From Basidiobolus meristosporus CBS 931.73 (Eukaryota > Fungi > Basidiobolomycota), in contig MCFE01000664.1 of assembly GCA_002104905.1 (NCBI GenBank), positions 1 to 48,731 on the forward strand: a DNA stretch of 48,731 nt, in the 5' to 3' direction. Position 1 is the stretch's first letter. Every line of letters begins with the position of its first letter. This document shows positions 24,612 through 34,994 of the stretch, one piece after another. Position numbers and translations under genes: made by a program. The notes under the pieces were generated by a model, which was not told where the DNA came from, searched no databases, and worked only from the letters and a program-made list of their open reading frames with translations.

Positions 24612-27600
24612 TGTTGTAAAAATTTGTAATTCCACCTAAATATTCACTTAACTTAGTCACTTAGATCATTACCTCCATATCCTAGAGAATACTGACCAAA
24701 TTCCTTGTTGGGATTTACTTAGAATATTTTCACCAAAATACCAGGTACCCAGAACATGATAATTCTCAAAGTTGTCCAAGCAGCCCCAAACTTGGCACGC
24801 ATGTTCTTGGGACCTTCCTTAACCTATTCTACATGTTTGTAATGCCAAAACCAGGTAAAAGTATAAATACTACTTTTACATTCAATCAATCATTAAGTGA
24901 AAACCACATAATCTACTTGTTCTCCCAATCACTTCCAATATCTCCAAGACTCTTACAACAGGTTATGAGTCCCAAGCTGTTACTCTCTGCAATGTCTATT
25001 ACTGCTATTACTGGAATTTTTCCCTCAGCTGAAAAGTTGGATGGATCTAACTACCAAGTGTGGATGGTGAAGATGAAGATGATGATACAAGAAAGAGGCC
25101 TTTGGGATATTGTCATGGGAGGGGAATGCCCTACTAAAAACTTGGGAGAGGAAGCCTTTTAATACCAGAAGAAAGAACAAAGTGCCTTTAACTGCATTTG
25201 CCTTAATGTTAAAGACAAATTGCTAATTCAATGCTCAAGAGCAAAAATGGCATAGAATGCCTGGAAGGCATTAGAAGACACCTACCAGTCATGTTCAGCT
25301 GCCAAGAAGATGTATCTGAGACAAAAATTCTTTACTACAAAGATGCTGCCAGGAGAAGAAATGAAAAATCTAATTAACAGAATTACCCTGCTAGTAGATG
25401 AGATGGAATCTGTGGGCATACCAACTGCTGATGAGGATGTGATAGTTACCATCCTGAATAGCCTGACAGACAGGTTTCAGGGCCTTGTATCAGCCCTAGA
25501 GTCTGGAATTGAAGATTTGACCTTAAATTATGTATATGCAAGGCTCCTGGATGAAGAATTAAGAAAATCAAGCGCAAATAAGAAGGAAGAAGAAAATGCT
25601 TTAATAAGCAATGACAACCACCAAAGGAGGTACCCAAGACCCTACAAAGGCAACAGCAACCTGTTTTGTAGCTACTGCAAAAGGAAAGGACACACATCAG
25701 ACAGGTGTCTCAAAAAGTGAGATAATCGGCAAAAGAAGCCTGAATATGGAAATGCTGCAACAGCTGAAGATAGACTATGTATATCTGCACTAAATATGAC
25801 CACAAACAAGGATTCTCTCACATGGTATATTGACTCTGGAGCATCTCAACACTTTACACACCAAAAAGAACTTTGTACCCAATATCAAGAAATTCCAATT
25901 AAGAAGGTTTTCATGGGTGACAATAGAACACTTGATGCAGTGGGAGAAGGAACTATCCACGTAGACCTTAGAAGCAGTGAAGGAAGCCATACACGGACCT
26001 TCAAAGAAGTACTCTATGTACCAGAAATAGCCAAGAACCTACTATCTGTAAGCAGGGCCACAGCAGAAGGACTCAGTTTCAGTTTTGACAATTCTGAATG
26101 CAGGATCACTGATCAAAATGGTGCTCATATTGCTTCAGGCATCAGAGATCAGAATCTATACAAGTTGACTTATATTCCATCATATCTGGAATCCAATATA
26201 AGTGACTTAAATGAAGAAACACCAATGCTTTGGCACAGGAGATTTGGGCACATCAATTTTGATTATTTGCGCAAAATGATCAAAGATCAGCTAATTTCTG
26301 GAGTGAAAATTGATCCCCCAGCTAATTTGGAGCACTGTGAAGCCTGCATATATGGGAAACAAGCCAGACAACCGTTCAAGAGCTCTGGGCTAATCAAAAC
26401 TAAGAAAAAATTAGATCTAATTCACTCAGATCTGTGTGGACCTATGCAAAATTTATCCTTAGGCAGGATAAAGTAATTAATCACTTTTATTGATGATTAT
26501 ACAAGATACACATGGGTCTACTTCATGGAGAGAAAGGAAGAAGCTCTGTCTAAGCTCAGGGAGTTTAAAGTTATGGTGGAGAGAGAAACTGGTAAAAAAT
26601 CAAGAAAATACGCTCTGACAATGGTGGAGAATATACCTCAAAACTCTTCATCCACCTCTGCAAAATTCATGGGATAAAGCAAGAGACTACTGTACCATAC
26701 TCCCCACAGCAAAATGGAGTAGCAGAAGGTGCTAACAGATCAATTATTGATATGGCAAGATCTATGATCCATGATCAAAAATTATCATATGATTTTTGGG
26801 TGGAATCAGTTGCCACTGCTGTATACCTTAAAAATAGGAGTTATAACAGAATACTTCGTGATTCTACTCCATTTGAAGCATGGTATGGACACAGACCAAG
26901 TGCAGAACATCTAAGAATATTTGGGTGTACAGCATATGCCAAAAAACTGGCCGGAAATCAGTCAAAATTTGAGCCAAAAAGTGTAAAATGCATATTTTTG
27001 GGCTACTGCAATGGGAGTAAGGCATACAGACTCTACAATACCAAAGCAAAGAAACTGATCAAGTCCAGGGATGTGTTGTTTGATGAAAATTCATAATTTT
27101 CACAAAAAATGACATCAGATGATGATGAAAATTTGATCTCAAGTCCACCAATTGTCAGGATTGAATCAGAGCAAAACAATGAAAATTTTTTCACTCCAGA
27201 GGACTCTACAACCGTGGTTCAGCCAGAATTAGTGCTCAGGAATATCCCAGAAGTGATCATTCCAGTATCAAATTCCTGGTGATCCAATTGGACAAGAAAT
27301 AGCCCAAATTACTATATCAATGAGGGTACAAACTTAGCCTATGCCTATTCACTCCATATTGATGAACCCCAGACTATAAAAGAGGCCCTAAATAGTCCTC
27401 AGACAAAGTTTTGGAGATCTGCAATGACTGAGGAATATCAGGCCCTGATGGAAAATCAATCTTGGGACTTAGTCAAATTACCAATCAACCAAAAATCAAT
27501 TGGATGCAGATGGGTCTTCAAGACAAAATACAAGGCTGATGGTACAATTGAAAGATACAAAGCAAGACTTGTAGCCAAAGGATACTGTGGTAATGGAAAG

Positions 27601-29824
27601 TATTCCATTACTACAATATCTCTAAACCAATATTGCACTCATTTCTTTATTCTGCTTTTTGCTATTGTAACACACAAGTGAATGATCAAGAATTTCCAAC
27701 TTTGAAGAAATTACAGCTCATTTGAAGCAGTACTTAAGGAGTTATGACCAAAAGAGTCCAATTATTATATATACTATGCCTTATTGCTAGTATTACTATG
27801 GTGACTTTGATTGCATGTAGCTTTTGAACCAGCCAATCAAATCATGTGCAATTTTCACAGGTGCTGCGCCTATGTCCAATCTGCGCCACTGCAAAATTTT
27901 AGCTTTGTACCATGTGTATTGCTTGCGCAATTACCCAAAACTTTAATCCTTCAAAATCTTCAGATATATGACTTCCCCAGCTGAAAAATAAAGGGAGAGC
28001 CTCTCATTCCAGAATCTCCACACTACAATTACAAGTTTAAAGGTTATAAGACTTCCCCTGCATCACTTGCACTGTTGAGTATTCTGACTTTGATTGGTAC
28101 TACATCAGTAAAGAGACTGCAAAGCTCACAAGAATCCAATCTAAGTTCTACAAGAAACTACCACTTTTCTGTTGGAAAAGTCCCCTCTAAGAAACCCCTT
28201 TACTCTAAAGACACCCCTTTAGTGTAAAGTCCACTTTAGAGACCACTACAAGAAGCCCCTTTACTCTAAAGACACCCCTTTAGGTCTAAAGACCCCTTTA
28301 GAGACTTCTACAACACACCCCTTTAGGTTAAAGGGGAGTTCAGAATTTCCGTATTAGGAAATATTTTCTCAGAAAGGAAAGTGACTTCCAAATAAGGAAA
28401 AGTTACTATAAAAGTAAACAAGCCCATCAGTGGAGAGAAGGTCAGAACACTGCTGTAGAAGTGATAAACACTGCCTACAGTATATTTTGAGCCTAAGATT
28501 GAGGAAATTAGTGAAAGTTATATCTTCTATTGGTATAACAAACTCCCAATAAACTATTTCAGTATTAGCATACTGGAAGTTGTTGTATATTGTTGATTAG
28601 CCTCTAGATTGTAGAACAAGCCTCAAACTAATCATAATACAACATAACAATACTCCCAAACAAAAGGACTTGACTATACTGAGACCTTGGCACTGGTGGC
28701 CAAGTTTAATTCCATCAGATTAATATTGGCTATTGCAGCCAAATATAAGTTCTTTATTCATCAAAGGGATGTAAAAACTGCATTTTTGAATGAAGAACTT
28801 GATGAGGATGTGTATATGGACCAGCCTGATGGGTTTGTTAACCAAGATAACCCACATTTGGTCTGCAAGCTTAAAAAGTCACTATATGGTCTCAAACATT
28901 CACCAAGAGCCTGGAATTGCAAGATAGATTCTTATTTGGAATCTTTGAGTTTCAAAAGGAGTAATGCTGACTATAGTATATACTATAAGCCAGATAGAGC
29001 AAATCCAGTTCTATTAGCTCTCTATGTGGAAGATCTTATTATAGCCGCCAATAACCTAGAAACATTGGAAGAGACTAAATCCAGCCTATCTAAGGAGTTC
29101 AAGATGTCTGATCTAGGAGAACTTAGTTACTATTTAGGGATTAAGTTCTCCATAGACAGAGGTACCCAGACTATCACCTTAGGCCAATCCAAGTATATTC
29201 AAGATATACTAAAGAAGTACCTAATGGAAGACTGTAAACCAGCAGCTACCCCAATGGAGACAAATCTTAACTTGGTCAAATCTCAACCAAATCAAGAGAG
29301 CTTGGTGCCATCTGAAAGCCCTGACTTTCCTTATCAATCTATGGTCAGCAGTCTGATGTATATCATGCTTGGAACATGTGCAGATATCTCATATTCAGTG
29401 GGAGTTGTCAGCTAACATAATCAGAACTATAGATCTGATCATATTGCAGCAGTGAAGTGGATTTTTTGATACCTGAAAGGAACTGCTGATATCTGCTTAA
29501 GAAACACTTATAAGGATTCAGAACAGGATCTTGTGGGATACTCTGATGCTGATTTGGGACAAAATTTGGAAGACAGAAGATCCACCACAGGATACACCTT
29601 TCTTTACTGTAAAGGAGCAATTTCATGGAATTCAAGAAAGCAACCAACTGTAGCACTGTCTACCACAGAGGCAGAGTACATGGTAGCCTGTGAAGCTACA
29701 AAAGAAGCAATGTGGCTAAGAAGGCTTTTTACAGATTTAGGCCAATGTCAAAAAATGCCTATTACTTTATCTCAAGATAATCAAGGATGTATACAATTAG
29801 GTAGAAATCCAACTTTTCATGCTA
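24612..29824 (+). mobile_element. Copia family 1 copy c4: 5' LTR 24612-24960, degenerate gag-pol, interrupted by a solo LTR, truncated in RNase H
   Basis: LTR ends and PBS ggttatgagtcc. ORF fragments 25310-25720, 25796-26476, 26752-27096, 28687-29415 and 29533-29835. Confidence 0.92.
27586..28649. mobile_element. Solo LTR (1,064 bp) of an unrelated family with 4-bp TSD ATAC and internal tandem subrepeats
   Basis: Splits Copia RT at aaaggatac|tc(t/c)caaacaaaagg. TG...CA ends. ATAC at 27582-27585 and 28650-28653. cccctttactctaaagacaccccttta-type repeats at ~28190-28340. Confidence 0.85.
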
Positions 29825-30419
29825 TATGGATTTGAAGGTAATGATCTAAGTGACTAAGTTAGGTGAATATTTAGGTGGAAATACGAGTTTTTACAACAGG
29901 TAAATATGTCTGCAATCATTTGATCTGTAGGACAGTAAACTAAGTTAACCAAGTTATTCTCTATAGCTTCACGTATGAAATGATGTCTAACATATAAGTG
30001 CTTGGTTCTAGCATGAAAAGTTGGATTTCTACCTAATTGTATACATCCTTGGTTATCTTGAAATAAAGTAGTAGGCATTTTTTTGTTGTAAGAGTCTTGG
30101 AGATATTGGAAGTGATTGAGAGAACAAGTAGATTATATGGTTTTCACTTAATGATTTATTGAATGTAAAAGTAGTATTTATACTTTTACCTGGTCTTGGC
30201 ATTACAAACACATAGAATAGGCTAAGGAAGGTCCCAAAAACATGTGTGCAAAGTTTGGGGCTGCTTGGACAACTTTGAGAATTTTCATGTTCTGGGTACC
30301 TGGTATTTTGGTGAAAATATTCTAAGTAATCCCAATAAGGAATTTGGACAGTATTCTCTAGGATTTGAGGGTAATGATCCAAGTGACTAAGTTAGGTGGA
30401 ATTCCAAATTTCTACAACA
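29825..30419 (-). mobile_element. Inverted block: Copia LTR fragment (29828-29898), RNase H tail (29899-30083) and LTR (30084-30419)
   Basis: Read on -, the LTR is followed by aaaaaaatgcctac, which continues the RNase H sequence cut at 24611. Confidence 0.75.
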
Positions 30420-31008
30420 AGATCATTACCTACAAATCTCAGAGAATTCTGACCAAATTCTTTGTTGATTTACTTGGAGATATTTCATGACCTGGGTATC
30501 TGATATTTTAGTGAAAATATTCCAAATTGTCCAAAAAGCCACAAACTTTGCACTCATGCTCTTAGGACCTTCCCAAACCTCTTCTATGTGTTATTTGGGC
30601 AAGACCATGTTAAAGTATAAATACTACTTTGACCTTTAACAAACCAGTCAGTGAAAACTGTTGTAAGAGTCTTGGAGATATTGGAAGTGATTGGGAGAAC
30701 AAGTAGATTATGTGGTTTTCACTTAATGATTTATTGAATGTAAAAGTGGTATTTATACTTTTACCTGGTCTTGGCATTACAAACACGTAGAATAGGTTAA
30801 GGAAGGTCCCAAGAACATGTGTGCAAAGTTTGGGGCTGTTTGGACAACTTTGAGAATTTTCATGTTCTGGGTACCTGGTATTTTGGTGAAAATATTCTAA
30901 GTAAATCCCGACAAGGAATTTGGTCAGTATTTTCTAGGATTTGAAGGTAATGATCTAAGTGACTAAGTTAGGTGAATATTTAGGTGGAAATACGAATTTT
31001 TTACAACA

Positions 31009-31017
31009 CTCCCACTC
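31009..31017 (-). promoter_or_regulatory. Polypurine tract (gagtgggag) of element c9
   Basis: Immediately precedes the 3' LTR on the - strand. Confidence 0.75.
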
Positions 31018-31019
31018 AG

Positions 31020-34000
31020 CTAAATGTTCATACTGACTAGTCCTAATTTTGACCTAAGATATTCAAACTTGTCTCTAGCTAATGGTTTGGTAAATATGTC
31101 TGCAATCATTTCATCTGTAGGACAGTAAACTAATCTAACTAAGTTACTCTCTATAGCTTCACGTATGAAATGATGTCTAATATCTATGTGCTTGGTTCTA
31201 GCATGAAAAGTTGGATTTCTACCTAATTGTATACATCCTTGATTATCTTGAAATAAAGTAATAGGCGTTTTTTGACATAGGCCTAAATCTGTAAACAGCT
31301 TTCTTAACCACATTGCTTCTTTTGTAGCCTCACAGGCTGCCATATATTCTGCCTCTGTAGTAGAAAGTGCTACGGTTGGTTGCTTTCTTGAATTCCATGA
31401 AATTGCTCCTTTACAGTAAAGAAAGGTGTATCCTGTGGTGGATCTTCTGTCTTCTAAATTTCGTCCCCAATCAGCATCAGAGTATCCCACAAGATCCTGT
31501 TCTGAATCCTTATAAGTGTATCTTAAGCAGATATCAGCGGTTCCTTTTAGGTATCTAAAAATCCGCTTAACTGCTGCAATATGATCAGATCCATAATTCT
31601 GATTATGTTGGCTGACAACTCCCACTGAATATGAGATATCTGGACGTGTTCCAAGCATGATATACATCAGACTGCTGACCATAGATTGATAAGGAAAGTC
31701 AGGGCTTTCAGATGGCACCAAGCTCTCTTGATTTGGTTGAGTTTTGACCAAGTTAAGGTTTGTCTCCATTGGGGTAGCTGCCGGTTTACAGTCTTCCATT
31801 TTGTACTTCTTTAGTATGTCTTGAATATACTTGGATTGGCTTAGGGTAATAGTCTGGGTACTTCTGTCTATGGAGAACTTAATCCCTAAGTAGTAACTGA
31901 GTTCTCCTAGATCGGACATCTTGAACTCCTTAGATAGGCTGGATTTAGTCTCTTCCAATGTTTCTAGGTTATTGGTGGCTATAATAAGATCATCCACATA
32001 TAGAGCTAATAGAACTGGATTTGCTCTATCTGGCTTATAGTATATACTATAGTCAGCATTACTCCTTTTGAAACTCAAAGATTCCAAATAAGAATCTATC
32101 TTGCAATTCCAGGCTCTCGGTGATTGTTTGAGACCATATAGTGACTTTTTAAGCTTGCAGACCAAATGGGGGTTATCTTGGTCAACAAACCCATCAGGCT
32201 GGTCCATATACACGTCCTCATCAAGTTCTCCATTCAAAAATGCAGTTTTTACATCCATTTGATGAATAAAAACTGATATTTGGCTGCAATAGCCAATATT
32301 AATCTGATGGAATTAAACTTGGCTACTGGTGCAAAGGTCTCAGTATAGTCAAGTCCTTTTGTTTGAGAGTATCCTTTGGCTACAAGTCTTGCTTTGTATC
32401 TTTCAATTGTACCATCAGCCTTGTATTTTGTCTTGAAGACCCATCTGCATCCAATTGATTTTCGGTTGATTGGTAATTTGACTAAGTCCCAAGTTTGATT
32501 TTCCATCAGTGCCTGATATTCCTCAGTCATTGCAGATCTCCAAAACTTCGTCTGAGGGCTATTTAGGGCCTCTTTTACAGTCTGGGGTTCATCAACATGG
32601 ACTGAATAGGCATAGGCTAAGTTTGTACCCTCATTAATATAGTAATTTGGGCTATTTCTTGTCCGATTTGATCTCCGGGCATTTGATACTGGAATGATCA
32701 CTTCTGGGATATTCCTGGGCACTGATTCTGGCTGAACCACGGTTGTAGAGTCCTCTGGAGTGAAAAAATTTTCATTGTTTTGCTCTGATTCAATCCTGAC
32801 AATTGGTGGACTTGAGATCAAATTTTCGTCATCATCTGATGTCATTTTTTGTGAAAATTTTGAATTTTCATCAAACAACACATCCCTGGACTTGATCAGC
32901 TTCTTTGCTTCGGTATTGTAGAGTCTGTATGCCTTACTCTCATTGCAGTAGCCCAAAAATATGCATTTTACACTTTTTGGCTCAAATTTTGACTGATTTC
33001 CGGCCAGTTTTTTGGCATATGCTGTACACCCAAATATTCTTAGATGTTCTGCACTTGGTCTGTATCCATACCATGCTTCAAATGGAGTAGAATCACGAAG
33101 TATTCTGTTATAACTCCTATCTTTAAGATATACAGCAGTGGCAACTGATTCCGCCCAAAAATCATAGGATAACTTTTGATCATGGATCATAGATCTTGCC
33201 ATATCAATTATTGATCTGTTAGCTCGTTCTGCTACTCCATTTTGCTGTGGGGAGTATGGTACAGTAGTCTCTTGCTTTATCCCATGAATTTTGCAGAAAT
33301 GGATGAAGAGTTTTGAGGTATATTCTCCACCATTGTCAGAGCGTATTTTCTTGATTTTTTCACCAGTTTCTCTCTCCACCATGGCTTTAAACTCCCTGAG
33401 CTTAGACAGAGCTTCTTCCTTTCTCTCCATGAAGTAGACCCATGTGTATCTTGTATAATCATCAATAAAAGTGATTAAATACTTCATCCCGCCTAAGGAT
33501 AAATTTTGCATAGGTCCACACAGATCTGAGTGAATTAGATCTAATTTTTTCTTAGTTTTGATTAACCCAGAGCTCTTGAACGGTTGTCTGGCTTGTTTTC
33601 CATATATGCAGGCTTCACAGTGCTCCAGATTAGCTGGGGGATCAATTTTCACTCCAGAAATTAGCTGATCTTTGATCATTTTACGCAAATAATCAAAATT
33701 GATGTGTCCAAATCTCCTGTGCCAAAGCATTGGTGTTTCTTCATTTAAGTTACTTATATTGGCTTCCAGATATGATGGAATATAAGTCAACTTGTATAGG
33801 TTCTGATCTCTGATGCCCGAAGCAATATGAGCACCATTTTGATCAGTGATCCTGCATCCAGAATTGTCAAAACTGAAACTGAGTCCTTCTGCTGTGGCCC
33901 TGCTTACAGAGAGTAGGTTCTTGGCTATTTCTGGTACATAGAGTACTTCTTTAAAGGTCAGTGTATGGCTTCCTTCACTGCTTCTAAGGTTTACTTGGAT

Positions 34001-34990
34001 TGTTCCTTCTCCCACTGCATCAAGTGTTCTATCGTCACCCATGAAAACCTTCTTAATTGGAATTTCTTGATATTGGGTAAAAAGTTCTTTTTGGTGTGTA
34101 AAGTGTTGAGAAGCTCCAGAGTCAATATACCACGTCTGAGAATCCTTGTTTGTGGTCATATTTAGTGCAGATATGAATAGTCTATCTTCAGTTGTTGCAG
34201 CATTTCCATATTCAGGCTTCTTTTGCTGATAATCTCTCTTTTTGAAACACCGGTCTGATGTGTGTCCTTTCCTTTTGCAGTAGTTGCAAAATAGGTTGCT
34301 GTTGCCTTTGTAGGGTCTTGGGTACCTCCTTTGTTGGTTATCATTGCTTATTAAAGCATTTTCTTCTTCCTTCTTATTGGCGCTTGATTTTCTTAATTCT
34401 TCATCCAGGAGCCTTCCATATACGTAATTTAAGGTCAAATCTTCAGTTCTGGACTCTAGGGCTGATACAAGGCCCTGAAACTCGTCTGTCAGGCTATTCA
34501 GGATGGTAACTATCACATCCTCATCAGTAGTTGGTACGCCCACAGATTCCATCTCATCTACCAGCAGGGTAATTCTGTTAATTAGATTTTTCATTTCTTC
34601 TCCTGGCAGCATCTTTGTAGTAAAGAATTTTCTTCTCAGATACATTTTCTTGGCAGCTGAACATGACTGGTAGGTGTCTTCTAATGCCTTCCAGGCATTC
34701 TTTGCCGTTTTTGCTCTTGAGCATTGAATTAGCAATTTGTCCTTGACATTAAGGCAAATGCAGTTAAAGGCACTTTGTTCTTTCTTCTGGTACTTTAAGG
34801 CTTCCTCTCCCACGTTTTTAGGAGGGCATTCTTCTCCCATGACAATATCCCAAAGGCCTCTTTCTTGCAGCAGCATCTTCATCTTCACCTTCCACACTTG
34901 GTAGTTAGATCCATCCAACTTTTCAGCAGAGGGAAAAATTCCAGTAATAGCAGTAGTAGACATTGCAGAGAGTGACAGCTCGGGGCTCAT
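31020..34990 (-). CDS. Copia Gag-Pol polyprotein (gag, zinc knuckle, protease, integrase, RT, RNase H); one 1-bp frameshift at 32268-32272
   Basis: ORFs 32249-35122 and 31020-32258. Motifs CNYCKRKGHTSDRC, YIDSGAS, LWHRRFGH/CEAC, HSDLCGP..RSDNGGEY..NGVAER, MDVKTAFLNG, YVDD, YSDADW, ADIFTKPL. Start taken at the ATG overlapping the PBS. Confidence 0.93.
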
Positions 34991-34994
34991 AACC
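34983..34994 (-). promoter_or_regulatory. Primer-binding site GGTTATGAGCCC (complementary to the initiator tRNA-Met anticodon arm)
   Basis: Directly abuts the 5' LTR. Its reverse complement GGGCTCATAACC is the conserved eukaryotic tRNAiMet anticodon stem-loop sequence. Confidence 0.85.

Noticed and set aside
28190-28340. CRISPR-like look of the short repeats
   Set aside because: The units are degenerate and adjacent without unique constant-length spacers, lie inside an LTR in a eukaryotic context, and have no cas genes nearby.
32260-32280. Possible programmed ribosomal frameshift in Copia pol
   Set aside because: It falls inside RT, and three sibling copies are in frame with one more base, so it is a private deletion or a sequencing error.
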